Positions 1 through 8,873 of a DNA stretch of 54,836 nt are shown piece by piece. This DNA comes from a virus (Duplodnaviria > Caudoviricetes). Below the pieces are notes generated by a model. That model had not been told where the DNA came from. It made no database searches and saw only the letters and a list, made by a program, of their open reading frames with translations. The stretch lies in IMG/VR virus record IMGVR_UViG_3300033747_000027, positions 1-54,836 of that record. One strand, given 5' to 3'. The translations under genes and the position numbers were made by a program. The stretch's first letter is position 1. Every line of letters starts with the position of its first letter.

Positions 1-165
1 CTATCCATCTTTCTCCTTGTTCTTTTCAAATGTTTCTATGAGCCGATCAGGGATCTTTACCTTAGGCCGCTTATAAAAATAAGCCTCATCCAATAGATCA
101 AACATATCCTCAGGCATTAACCTGAAAAGATCAGTCTGGTAGTATTCGGAAACTGACACTCTCAT
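1..165 (-). CDS. Small hypothetical protein (54 aa, MRVSVSEYYQTDLFRLMPEDMFDLLDEAY...)
   Basis: Hand-translated: ATG at 165, TAG at 1-3; co-oriented downstream of the lipoprotein. Confidence 0.6.
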   Translation of the reverse strand: MRVSVSEYYQTDLFRLMPEDMFDLLDEAYFYKRPKVKIPDRLIETFEKNKEKDG

Positions 166-184
166 CGCACCCTGATTATAACTT

Positions 185-640
185 CTAATTAATTAATTCA
201 ATGGCCAGACCACTTATTTCAAAGTCTGTAGAGCCACTATGCCCGGTACTTGTCAACCTTATATTAATGACGCCGTCTGCTCCAATTTCTTTAGCTTCGT
301 CGTATAAAAGGTCAAGCACTTCTTGAACCTCCCACTGCTTATATTTTCCCTTCTTAATAGTGTATGAAGAATAAATAGGATTTTCATCCGATCCGACTCC
401 TGGATTATCTATCTGATTTGGAGATTTACCATCTTTGGTTGTATAGCCTGATTCGCATTCAATCATAATATCACCAAGTGCTTTGTATGATTCCCCAATT
501 GTAGTTGTACTCATCAAAAAACCTTGATCAGCATAAGGTCTGAAATCAAGGAGATAAGTATTTTTCGAATAATATTTAGTTGTTGTGCAACTTGTAATAG
601 TTATAAAAACTGTAAAGAAAAATAGTAAAAATAGTTTCAT
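185..640 (-). CDS. Lipoprotein with YbjQ/heavy-metal-binding-like domain (lysogen-expressed accessory gene)
   Basis: Signal peptide with lipobox ITSC; C-terminal AKEIGADGVINI...SGLAI motif. Confidence 0.7.
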   Translation of the reverse strand: MKLFLLFFFTVFITITSCTTTKYYSKNTYLLDFRPYADQGFLMSTTTIGESYKALGDIMIECESGYTTKDGKSPNQIDNPGVGSDENPIYSSYTIKKGKYKQWEVQEVLDLLYDEAKEIGADGVINIRLTSTGHSGSTDFEISGLAIELIN

Positions 641-664
641 AGTAATTTTGGTTATTTATATGTT

Positions 665-1381
665 TTAAAGTTGCTTTCTGGTAATCTTTCCTTTTATTGT
701 ATAAAGGTTAAGAATTGATTCTTTCGGAATAACAGTGTCCCCTTTGAAGTTCGGATTGGATGCTCTAAGGATAATTTTGTCCTCATCATCATGAGGATAA
801 AGCAATTTTACTGTCTTCATATTATTAGCAATCTCGTTTGTGATTATCAAATAAGCTTCACCCCAAAGTATTATATCTGGATTATCTACCTTTTTAACTG
901 CAACAATTTCACCGCTAGCGTAAGTTGGGAACATGCTGTCTCCCCATACAGGGAGGTAGGCAGTACAATCATTAAATGGCTTAAAATCTACGTAAAACTC
1001 TGGCTCTTCCATAACGTCGGTAAAGCTTTCTTTTATTGATGCTGTAATGTCTATATCATAATAGGGAACAGCCTTTATAGTTGTGGTATGCAGAAGTTCA
1101 GGTGGTAGTTTGTCAATATCAGGTAAATAATCTTCATTTATCATTTTACCCTTCCCGGTGACAAGCCAACCTGAATTTAGTTCTTCAAACGCGTTTGATA
1201 TATCCTGAATTATATCATAGGAAGGTTTGGCTCCATCTTTCTTCAACCGATTAATTTTTTCAGGCGAATCATATCCAAGGTTCTTTTTTGCAAATTCAGA
1301 CACATTCTTAATGTTGTAGAATTCAATTATTTGCAAAATTCTTTCAAAGAAGTTTGAGTTATTTTTCAATTTTGTTTGCAT
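665..1381 (-). CDS. CI-like repressor (HTH plus S24 autopeptidase)
   Basis: N-terminal HTH with WLVTGKG; GDSM serine motif and VK lysine; LRASNP; divergent from a Cro-like gene. Confidence 0.9.
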   Translation of the reverse strand: MQTKLKNNSNFFERILQIIEFYNIKNVSEFAKKNLGYDSPEKINRLKKDGAKPSYDIIQDISNAFEELNSGWLVTGKGKMINEDYLPDIDKLPPELLHTTTIKAVPYYDIDITASIKESFTDVMEEPEFYVDFKPFNDCTAYLPVWGDSMFPTYASGEIVAVKKVDNPDIILWGEAYLIITNEIANNMKTVKLLYPHDDEDKIILRASNPNFKGDTVIPKESILNLYTIKGKITRKQL

Positions 1382-1407
1382 TTATCAAACTTGTTTGTTT
1401 ATCTTTA
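1344..1407. promoter_or_regulatory. Candidate operators and rightward promoter of the lysis-lysogeny switch
   Basis: Three imperfect palindromes TCAA(A/T)-N4-TTTG at 1344-1357, 1366-1379 and 1385-1398. TTTG (1376) and TATCTTTA (1400) resemble the Bacteroidota -33/-7 promoter. Confidence 0.5.
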
Positions 1408-1455
1408 CACCAAGTAAAAACCAAGAGCGCACCGCTCAATAGTTTTTACAAGATC

Positions 1456-1501
1456 AAAAAACGGGAGGCAATCCACGACGGCAATCTGAAAATTGCCTCC
1501 C
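1456..1501. terminator. Hairpin GGGAGGCAAT...ATTGCCTCCC in the cro leader; followed by a U-tract on the - strand
   Basis: Perfect 10-bp inverted repeat at 1463-1501 preceded by an A-run. Confidence 0.55.
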
Positions 1502-1549
1502 TACTTGATTATTCAATCAATAAGATTCAATAACCAATATTCAAATATA

Positions 1550-1828
1550 ATGAATAAACAGAATGTAAATCCAAAAATCCGCCCAAATGTTGAAAATCTA
1601 CCATTTGTGGAGTATTACAATGCGCTAAAGGATGAGCCAAAAACAAACCCCAACAATCCATTAACACCGCTTGACGAGTTTCTTTTTGTTGCTGCTCAAA
1701 AAACAGGGAAACACCCCGGGAGCATTCGTAGGTGGGCATATGGCACAGCTAAACCTAACCTTCTGGAAAAACAGGCAGTGGCCAGGCTCCTCAAGTGTGA
1801 TGTAGAACCTCTTTTCCCTGAAAATTAG
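1550..1828 (+). CDS. Cro-like HTH protein
   Basis: SIRRWAYGTAKP...VARLLKCDVEPLFP XRE-type motif; first gene divergent from CI; ATG at 1550. Confidence 0.75.
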   Translation: MNKQNVNPKIRPNVENLPFVEYYNALKDEPKTNPNNPLTPLDEFLFVAAQKTGKHPGSIRRWAYGTAKPNLLEKQAVARLLKCDVEPLFPEN

Positions 1829-1833
1829 GCATT

Positions 1834-2013
1834 ATGAAACCACAAAACAGATCAACTGATGCAAGCCTAACCTCTAAAAGGAGTCAATTCATCAAGTCTA
1901 TGGGCGAAGAGGCTTATTTGAAATCGTTCGAAAATCATCTCAAAGAGCAGCAGCTGACCAACGAGCAAAAATTTGAAGAGTACTACAGAACCAGACAAAC
2001 AATCATCAGCTGA
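1834..2013 (+). CDS. Small hypothetical protein (59 aa)
   Basis: Hand-translated MKPQNRSTDASL...QTIIS; exactly fills the gap between cro and the LuxR gene. Confidence 0.55.
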   Translation: MKPQNRSTDASLTSKRSQFIKSMGEEAYLKSFENHLKEQQLTNEQKFEEYYRTRQTIIS

Positions 2014-2014
2014 C

Positions 2015-2566
2015 ATGAAAAACATTGAATTTTACATTACCCCAAAAGGAGACGTTATGATTCACTCTGAGAAAGGCGTTAGACAGCTCAAAGTAAGCGA
2101 TAGGCAGTTCATCTCATCAATGATGAACATTATAGATGAATTCTATCCCCAATCATTAACAGCTTTATCAAAAGTTTATGAGAAGCTGAAGTCAGTACCT
2201 GGGTTTTATGAATTTCACATCGCTCGCAGATTCATCAAATGCAATTTTGGAAAGTATGACAGTATATTGGATATTGACCAGTTCGGGAGCCTGAATTTTG
2301 AGGAAATAGAGTGTCCGCTTAGGGGAGAATGTCCGGTTGAAGGAATCGTTTGTAAGCCGAAGTTCAACTCTAAGCTTACAGATAGAGAACTTGATGTAAT
2401 GCAGCTCTATTATGAAGGAATTAAACCGGAGGAAATAGCTGAACAAACATGCCTCTCAGTATCAACAGTCAAAACCCACAAACGAAATGCATTCCGAAGA
2501 GTGAATGTTCACTCAATAGCTGAATTCTTTTCCTACGCAAAACAGCACAATTTATTCGAACATTAA
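2015..2566 (+). CDS. LuxR-type HTH transcriptional regulator with Cys-rich linker
   Basis: LTDRELDVM...EEIAEQTCLSVSTVKTHKRN GerE motif; CPLRGEC...C cluster. Confidence 0.85.
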   Translation: MKNIEFYITPKGDVMIHSEKGVRQLKVSDRQFISSMMNIIDEFYPQSLTALSKVYEKLKSVPGFYEFHIARRFIKCNFGKYDSILDIDQFGSLNFEEIECPLRGECPVEGIVCKPKFNSKLTDRELDVMQLYYEGIKPEEIAEQTCLSVSTVKTHKRNAFRRVNVHSIAEFFSYAKQHNLFEH

Positions 2567-2650
2567 CAGCACAGCCCTGCGAAGCGTCGCAATGGTGTTA
2601 AGAACATATTTTTTCAACTCGCTTATCTCAACTCAAATTAACAGTGCAAA

Positions 2651-2962
2651 ATGGATGATAAAATTGACAAAAAGGTAGAAAAGGCTTTTGCAATTGGAAT
2701 ACAAGTAGGAGTCATCAATCTAGCCAAAGAGCTTGGGCTCATAGAAGAAAACATTAGTGAAAAACAAGCAAATACAATCTATGGAGAAAAACAAGTGAAA
2801 GAATGGCGCAGAAAGCGCTGGATAGTCGGTTATCCATCCGGCAATAAAACAAGAGCAAAGTATTACTACAAACGATCTGAATTAGAAACCGCAAGCCGGA
2901 TGCTTGACATGCAAAATGTTATACCGGCCACAAAAATCAAGCAAATTATAGAAAACAGATAG
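2651..2962 (+). CDS. Hypothetical DNA-binding protein, possibly excisionase-like
   Basis: Short winged-HTH-like segment ISEKQANTIYG...VKEW...YYYKRSEL. Confidence 0.45.
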   Translation: MDDKIDKKVEKAFAIGIQVGVINLAKELGLIEENISEKQANTIYGEKQVKEWRRKRWIVGYPSGNKTRAKYYYKRSELETASRMLDMQNVIPATKIKQIIENR

Positions 2963-2990
2963 TCTCAGTAAAAATCAAAAGAATCAAATC

Positions 2991-4940
2991 ATGAAACAGG
3001 TAAAAATTAAAAAGCTGATCCTTCACAATTTCAAAGGGATCAAGGATTTCGAGACCGTTTTTAACGGTACCACCAAGATTTTTGGTGACAATGCCACCGG
3101 AAAAACAACCCTTGTTGATGCCTTTACATGGCTTCTATTTGGGAAAGACTCAACAGGGAGGAAAGATTTCTCTATCAAAACATTTGATGCGAACAACCAA
3201 CCGATTCACAAGCTAGACCACGAAGTTGTCTGTGAATTTGATGTAGATGGTGAGGATATGATCCTTAAACGTGTTTATCGCGAGAAATGGGTTACCCGTC
3301 GCGGATCAAGCGAACCGGAGCTCCAAGGCCATGAAACGCTATTCTACTGGAACGATGTGCCAATGCAGGCCGGTGAATTTCAAAAGAAAGTCGATCAGGT
3401 TATTTCGGAGGATACTTTCAAAATGCTTACATCTCCTTTCTACTTTAACACCCTAAAATGGCAGGACAGAAGAAGCATTTTAACGACCATTGCCGGAGAT
3501 GTGTCCGATCAGGATATCGCATCAGGAAACCTTGAGTTTTCGGCTCTCATTGAAAATATGGGAAATAAAACCCTTGACGAATTCAAAAAGGAGCTGGCAG
3601 CCAAAAAGAAAAAGCTGAAAGACGAACTGAAGCAAATTCCTGCTCGAATTGACGAGGTTACCAGAAACACGCCTGAAGCTAAAGACTGGGCTTGGATTGA
3701 GGACGAAATTAAAACGGTTGAGAAAAACATCGCTATCATCGATGAGCAGCTTCAGGATTCATCAAAAATTTTTGACGATTTCTACAAAAAGAAACAGGAG
3801 CGCCAACAAAAGATCCATGTAATAAAATCAAAAATCTCTGACATTGAACATGAAGGCCGGTTGAAATTCAATAATCAGGTCAAAGAGAAAAATGAATCAA
3901 TTGAAAATGCGAAATCAGAAATCCAAAGGATCAACAGAAAAATTGAAACCGGAGCCAAAGAAATCAAAGATCTGCAGGAAAGGATTAAGACCTATCAGGA
4001 TGAGCAGAACCGATTGCGCCAAGAATGGGGAAAAGTAAATGAAGAGGAATTTCCAGGGTTCGGCGATGAAGGCAATTTCAAATGTCCCACATGTCAGCAA
4101 GACCTTCCAACTGAAACTATCGAAAGCAAAAAAGCTGAAATTAAAGTGAACTTCAATGCTGAAAAAGAAAGAAAGCTTGCCGATATATCAGCTCAAGGAG
4201 TAGGCTACAAGATAAAAATTGAGAATACACAAAAGGATATTGGACAGCTTCAGTCTGTAGACTATGAATCACAAATTAAAGCTCATGAGGCTGTCATTAA
4301 AGAATGGCAGGAAAAACACCTTGAGTCTGTTCAAGCATTGATTTCTGGAAATGTTGACTACGAGCGATTGAAGAAGGAACTTGAAGAATTCGAGAAAGAA
4401 CCAGTTGAAGAAGAAGCTCCGAAGGTTGACAACTCAGGCCTGAAAGAAAAAAAGACAGCTCTCAATTCTACTCTTGACGGATTAAAAAAGAACCTAAACT
4501 CAAAGTCACAGATTGAAACCGCTGACAAACGGAAGAAACAGCTTCTGGATGAGGAAAGAAAATACTCTCAGCAGCTGGCAGAATTGGAACAATCCGAATT
4601 CACAATACAGGAGTTCACGAAAGCCAAGGTTGATCTACTTGAAGCAAAAATCAACAGTCTATTTGAAGGTGTGAGATTTCGGATGTTCGACACACAGCTG
4701 AATGGGGGACTGATTGAGTGCTGCGATACGATTATTGATGGCGTGCCTTGGCTTGATGCGAATAACGCTGCAAAGATTAACGCAGGAATAGAAATCATCA
4801 ACGTGCTTTCAAAACACTACGAACAAGTCGCTCCTATATGGATCGACAATGCGGAAAGTATCACCAAAATTACGGACTCAGAGGCTCAAAAGATCGAACT
4901 ATACGTCTCAGAAGCTCACAAAGAATTAGAAGTCGCATAA
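2991..4940 (+). CDS. SMC/Rad50-like AAA ATPase
   Basis: NFKG; Walker A GDNATGKTT; long coiled coil with CPTC zinc hook; IWIDNAES Walker B. Confidence 0.88.
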   Translation: MKQVKIKKLILHNFKGIKDFETVFNGTTKIFGDNATGKTTLVDAFTWLLFGKDSTGRKDFSIKTFDANNQPIHKLDHEVVCEFDVDGEDMILKRVYREKWVTRRGSSEPELQGHETLFYWNDVPMQAGEFQKKVDQVISEDTFKMLTSPFYFNTLKWQDRRSILTTIAGDVSDQDIASGNLEFSALIENMGNKTLDEFKKELAAKKKKLKDELKQIPARIDEVTRNTPEAKDWAWIEDEIKTVEKNIAIIDEQLQDSSKIFDDFYKKKQERQQKIHVIKSKISDIEHEGRLKFNNQVKEKNESIENAKSEIQRINRKIETGAKEIKDLQERIKTYQDEQNRLRQEWGKVNEEEFPGFGDEGNFKCPTCQQDLPTETIESKKAEIKVNFNAEKERKLADISAQGVGYKIKIENTQKDIGQLQSVDYESQIKAHEAVIKEWQEKHLESVQALISGNVDYERLKKELEEFEKEPVEEEAPKVDNSGLKEKKTALNSTLDGLKKNLNSKSQIETADKRKKQLLDEERKYSQQLAELEQSEFTIQEFTKAKVDLLEAKINSLFEGVRFRMFDTQLNGGLIECCDTIIDGVPWLDANNAAKINAGIEIINVLSKHYEQVAPIWIDNAESITKITDSEAQKIELYVSEAHKELEVA

Positions 4941-4956
4941 TTAAAAATCAAATCAA

Positions 4957-5922
4957 ATGAAAGCTGAAAGTAATGAAGTGGCGGTAAGACAACAATCCGC
5001 CCCAGTACAATTTAATTTTTTTGACAATAACCACTTCGCAACAATGCAAAGGGTTTGTGGTATGTTCTCTTCAAGCGAACTGGTACCTAAAATGTATCAA
5101 ACAAGTGAGGTTGGCAAGGAAAAAGCAGTGGCAAATTGCATGATCGCAGTTGAGACCGCTCAACGCATCGGCGCCAGTCCACTAATGGTCATGCAGAATA
5201 TGTATATAGTACATGGCCAGCCAGCATGGAGTGCAAAATTCTTAACGGCTACGGTTAACGGTTGCGGTCGGTACAACTCCATTAAATACAAATGGGAGAA
5301 TCTCGGAAAACTTGGGAAGGTTGAATATACAGATTATGAGTATAAAAACAACCGAAGAGTGCCAGTTACCAAGCATTTTGACGCATCCGGACTGGATAAT
5401 TGGCAATGCATTGCTTATACGACCGAAAAAGGAACCAATGAAAAATTGGATTCAATTCCTGTTTCTCTTGAAATGGCCATTAAAGAAGGTTGGTATACAA
5501 AATCCGGTAGTAAATGGCAAACCATGCCAAAACTGATGCTTCAATATCGGTCTGTTACTTTTTGGACTCGTGCATACGCACCGGAGCTTTCCATGGGAAT
5601 ACGAACAGAAGATGAAGTTAAGGATATTATCGATGTTCCTTATGAAGAAGTCAAGGAAACCGAAAAAAAGAAGAACGCTAACCAAAAGGAGGTTTCTATT
5701 CCTGTAAATGAACCAGAATCCAGTAAGTCTGGAAAGGCGGAAGATACAAAAGAATCTCTCTCTCAAGTCACCGTGAAGTCAATTGATGAAGCGAAAAAAT
5801 TCTTAGTGGATGATTTGGGAGTGTCACAGACTGCAATCGGTGATGAAGCTTCTATTTTATCAATAGCCAAGGAACATGACATTGAGTTAACAATCGAAAA
5901 ACAAACCGGCCCCGGATTTTAA
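4957..5922 (+). CDS. RecT-like single-strand annealing protein
   Basis: VMQNMYIVHGQP and SKWQTMPKLML...FWTRAYAPELSMG motifs; lies between the AAA ATPase and the MBL hydrolase. Confidence 0.75.
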   Translation: MKAESNEVAVRQQSAPVQFNFFDNNHFATMQRVCGMFSSSELVPKMYQTSEVGKEKAVANCMIAVETAQRIGASPLMVMQNMYIVHGQPAWSAKFLTATVNGCGRYNSIKYKWENLGKLGKVEYTDYEYKNNRRVPVTKHFDASGLDNWQCIAYTTEKGTNEKLDSIPVSLEMAIKEGWYTKSGSKWQTMPKLMLQYRSVTFWTRAYAPELSMGIRTEDEVKDIIDVPYEEVKETEKKKNANQKEVSIPVNEPESSKSGKAEDTKESLSQVTVKSIDEAKKFLVDDLGVSQTAIGDEASILSIAKEHDIELTIEKQTGPGF

Positions 5923-5925
5923 GCT

Positions 5926-6216
5926 ATGGAATATCATTTTAAAGTTGAAACCAAAGAAGCTGGGCAAAGACGCCCATATGGTGATTCTTATTATCACTAT
6001 ATCGTCAAGAACGAAAGTAAAACCCAATATCATGAATCTATAATTAAGAATTTCTGTGTTGGCTTTTTGAAGCCTGCTATATCAGAAAAACTTAGAAGAG
6101 AGCGTATGGAAAAAGAGGGTTTTGGATCAGCGACATTTGCCTCCTACTGGACTGTTTTTAGACAGATTGATGATAGAACATTTGAATACAAAGTTACTCA
6201 ACCTTCAACGCATTAA
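5926..6216 (+). CDS. Hypothetical protein
   Basis: ORF tightly packed in the operon. Confidence 0.65.
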   Translation: MEYHFKVETKEAGQRRPYGDSYYHYIVKNESKTQYHESIIKNFCVGFLKPAISEKLRRERMEKEGFGSATFASYWTVFRQIDDRTFEYKVTQPSTH

Positions 6217-6222
6217 TAAGCT

Positions 6223-6528
6223 ATGGAAAAGAAGTTTTCACAAGGATTGTGGGAAAGGATTGGAAACACAATAGTTGTCGGTAAAAAGACAATTGCTGTA
6301 GCTACTAAATGTGATCCTAAATCAAATTATGCAAGGGATGGCAAATACCCCTATAATTTCGATGAGGTGGAAGCCAATGCAAAACTACTTTATTCAGCTC
6401 CTGAACTTCTAGAGTGTTGTTTGACTGCCAAAGCAATGTATGAAGCTCAAGGAATAACTGAAGATAGTAGAATTGGTGGATCACAACTCAAAGAATTGAA
6501 TTTAGTCATCAAAAAAGCGACAGAATGA
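6223..6528 (+). CDS. Hypothetical phage protein
   Basis: EANAKLLYSAPELLE motif common in small phage early proteins. Confidence 0.7.
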   Translation: MEKKFSQGLWERIGNTIVVGKKTIAVATKCDPKSNYARDGKYPYNFDEVEANAKLLYSAPELLECCLTAKAMYEAQGITEDSRIGGSQLKELNLVIKKATE

Positions 6529-7262
6529 AACTCAAAGTACTCGGAAGCTCCAGCAAGGGCAATAGCTATCTACTTGAATCTTCATCTGGTCAAATACTGG
6601 TCCTTGAGGCCGGTATTCGGCTGGCGGAGATAAAAAAGCAAATTGAATTTAAAATCATGGACATTATCGGTTGCCTGATAACTCACGAACACGGCGATCA
6701 TGCCGCATACGCCAATCAGTTCACCGAAGCTGCGATTGATGTTTATTGTTCGAAAGGAACAGCGACCAAATTCAAGCCACATCACAGGATTAATACAATT
6801 ACGGCTTTGGATTCCGTGCGCATAGGAGAGTTCAAGGTAGTCCCTTTTAACGTGATACATGATGCTGCTGAGCCTTTCGGGTACTTAATCAATCACCCGG
6901 AATGTGGTACGACCCTATTCCTTACTGACACTTTCTATTCTGAGTTCACATTCAAGGGCTTAAACAACATCATTCTTGAAGTGAATTACGATGTGGATAT
7001 TCTTGATGCAAATATAGAATCAGGACGCTTAGCTCCATCGATTAAGAGTAGAATAATTACCAGCCACATGAGCATTCAAACAGCTCTGGAATTGCTAGAA
7101 GCAAATGACCTTTCAAAGGTTAACAACATCGTCCTAATCCATCTCTCTGACGGCAACAGCCATGAAATCAACTTCAAAAAAGAAATCGAAGTTGCGACGG
7201 CTAAAACTGTAACTGTTGCTGATACCGGAACTGAAGTATTACTCAATAAGACACCATTTTGA
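6525..7262 (+). CDS. Metallo-beta-lactamase-fold hydrolase (YycJ-like exonuclease)
   Basis: GSSSKGN, THEHGDH, HDA, TDT, HMS and HLS motifs. Confidence 0.9.
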   Translation: MKLKVLGSSSKGNSYLLESSSGQILVLEAGIRLAEIKKQIEFKIMDIIGCLITHEHGDHAAYANQFTEAAIDVYCSKGTATKFKPHHRINTITALDSVRIGEFKVVPFNVIHDAAEPFGYLINHPECGTTLFLTDTFYSEFTFKGLNNIILEVNYDVDILDANIESGRLAPSIKSRIITSHMSIQTALELLEANDLSKVNNIVLIHLSDGNSHEINFKKEIEVATAKTVTVADTGTEVLLNKTPF

Positions 7263-7540
7263 TCATGATGTACAGATTCTCACTAAGAAATCAAGCAAAA
7301 ATTGCAAAGGCTTTGGGTGAAGACTATTTAAAGCTATTACTCGACTCTTTAGAGGCGTACTTCTGTGATAGAACTTCTCCTATTGATGAAGTAGGAGAAG
7401 TAAAAGACAACAAGACAACAGGCCGCATTTACATCTTTATTCCATCTGTTGCAAGCAATTCTGAAATAGAGTTTCAGTTCGCAGTGATACGAAAAACTTT
7501 CGACGTGTATAACCTAGCTTATTATAGTTCAGTGGGCTAA
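7259..7540 (+). CDS. Hypothetical protein
   Basis: ORF overlaps the MBL stop codon. Confidence 0.6.
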   Translation: MIMMYRFSLRNQAKIAKALGEDYLKLLLDSLEAYFCDRTSPIDEVGEVKDNKTTGRIYIFIPSVASNSEIEFQFAVIRKTFDVYNLAYYSSVG

Positions 7541-7552
7541 ACCAAATATATT

Positions 7553-7723
7553 ATGGACAAACTTATCAAATTACAAAGCAGAATATTCTCATTACTATTC
7601 TTAGTTCTAGGTATCGCCGAGTTTATCGGATTCCTTTTAGAGGGGAAAAAGCATTGCCTATATGCCTTCTTGTTCATGATGATGCTGGCACTAATATTAC
7701 ATATTGACTACAAAAGAAATTAA
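7553..7723 (+). CDS. Small two-TM membrane protein (56 aa)
   Basis: Hand-translated MDKLIKLQSRIFSLLFLVLGIAEFIGFLL...LALILHIDYKRN; two hydrophobic helices. Confidence 0.6.
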   Translation: MDKLIKLQSRIFSLLFLVLGIAEFIGFLLEGKKHCLYAFLFMMMLALILHIDYKRN

Positions 7724-7841
7724 TAAATGCCCACGGACGGCTCAAACCCGGAGTTCTAACAATTCATAGCTAATGTACTTTACGGTTGTTAAGTCATTGG
7801 CATATCGACAAGACAGCCTCCCAGGACCATGGGAGGCAAAC

Positions 7842-7967
7842 GGAGTGGTGGCGAAATTGGTAGCCGCTGAAGCAATATGCTGCAATCACCCATGATGAGA
7901 GGGGAACTTGTTTGGGACTTTCATAAGTAGAACAACCCTCGTGCTGGTTCAAGTCCAGCCCACTCCA
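7842..7967 (+). ncRNA. tRNA-like RNA: acceptor, D and T arms intact; about 74-nt structured insert in place of the anticodon/variable arm
   Basis: GGAGTGG (7842-48) pairs with CCACTCC (7960-66); D arm GCG-AAATTGGTAGC-CGC; T arm GCTGG-TTCAAGT-CCAGC. Confidence 0.75.
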
Positions 7968-7989
7968 CAATCACATTAACCAAAAAACT

Positions 7990-8214
7990 ATGAGCAATTT
8001 CAAAACTATTGATGTGCACGGCAAAAAGCACGTGGTAAAGAACGCGAAAAGGGTTACATCACATTTCACAAGTAACGGTGAAAAGACTGAGTTAATACCC
8101 GAGGCCAATTACAGAGGAACCGGCATGTGTCTTTGTGGTATTCTAGGCGCAAAGCAAAAACTATCCGACTTCATATACAACTACAAATACAAAGGGAAAA
8201 AGCAGATAGTATGA
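7990..8214 (+). CDS. Hypothetical protein
   Basis: ATG after an A-rich leader; stop overlaps the next start. Confidence 0.6.
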   Translation: MSNFKTIDVHGKKHVVKNAKRVTSHFTSNGEKTELIPEANYRGTGMCLCGILGAKQKLSDFIYNYKYKGKKQIV

Positions 8215-8618
8215 AGCTAACAATTACACCTCCACAGCAAATCATTGAAGAGCTCACATCTATTGACAGCTTTCTTAACATCACTCAAAGTGAGGATGCT
8301 GAAGAAGCACAGGAAAGAGGTAATCAACTGTCTACCTACATGGCCAGAACAGGCAAACTATTGGCCGATGCGAAACATCATTTGAATACAGCCTTAAAAA
8401 GTGACTTGATGGAAGTTCTACGCGATAATGCAAAACGGGCTAACGTCAGCCATAAGGCAACAAACACGCTCATTGACTGCCTGTGTAAGGATCAGCGATA
8501 TCTCGTTGACTGGGCAGAAAGAAACAACCGCTCAGCAACACATCAGCTCGACTGGTGTCGGACAGTAATCAGTAAAGCAAAAGAAGAAATGCGCCTTGCA
8601 GGAATGCAACGGACTTAA
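8211..8618 (+). CDS. Hypothetical helical phage protein
   Basis: Likely ATG at 8211 (ATGA coupling). Confidence 0.7.
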   Translation: MKLTITPPQQIIEELTSIDSFLNITQSEDAEEAQERGNQLSTYMARTGKLLADAKHHLNTALKSDLMEVLRDNAKRANVSHKATNTLIDCLCKDQRYLVDWAERNNRSATHQLDWCRTVISKAKEEMRLAGMQRT

Positions 8619-8629
8619 TACTAAAATTT

Positions 8630-8854
8630 ATGATACGAGTAAAGAAAGTGATCCTTCGCAATACTTCTATTATGCTGAAGGACGAAAAAAACTTAGAAGA
8701 ATTCAGGGGGCAGCTGGCGGAGTTGCTTGATGTTGATTTAACTCAAGTAACATTCACTCACGATGAACTGGCAGGATACCTGGAGGAAGATGATCCTTGT
8801 TTGAAAACAATCAAAAAGCTTAAAGAAGCGCCTGTTAATAAAAATGTCTCATAA
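8630..8854 (+). CDS. Hypothetical protein
   Basis: ORF in the operon. Confidence 0.6.
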   Translation: MIRVKKVILRNTSIMLKDEKNLEEFRGQLAELLDVDLTQVTFTHDELAGYLEEDDPCLKTIKKLKEAPVNKNVS

Positions 8855-8873
8855 TCAATTAATAGAAATTAAT

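Noticed and set aside
2970-2990. Recurrent AAAATCAAATC before start codons as a special regulatory repeat
   Set aside because: Consistent with ordinary A-rich, Shine-Dalgarno-free Bacteroidota translation initiation regions.
7868-7942. Canonical tRNA-Met (CAT) or group I intron-containing tRNA
   Set aside because: Neither CAT sits in a 5-bp stem/7-nt loop at the right position, and the insert is far too short for a self-splicing intron.
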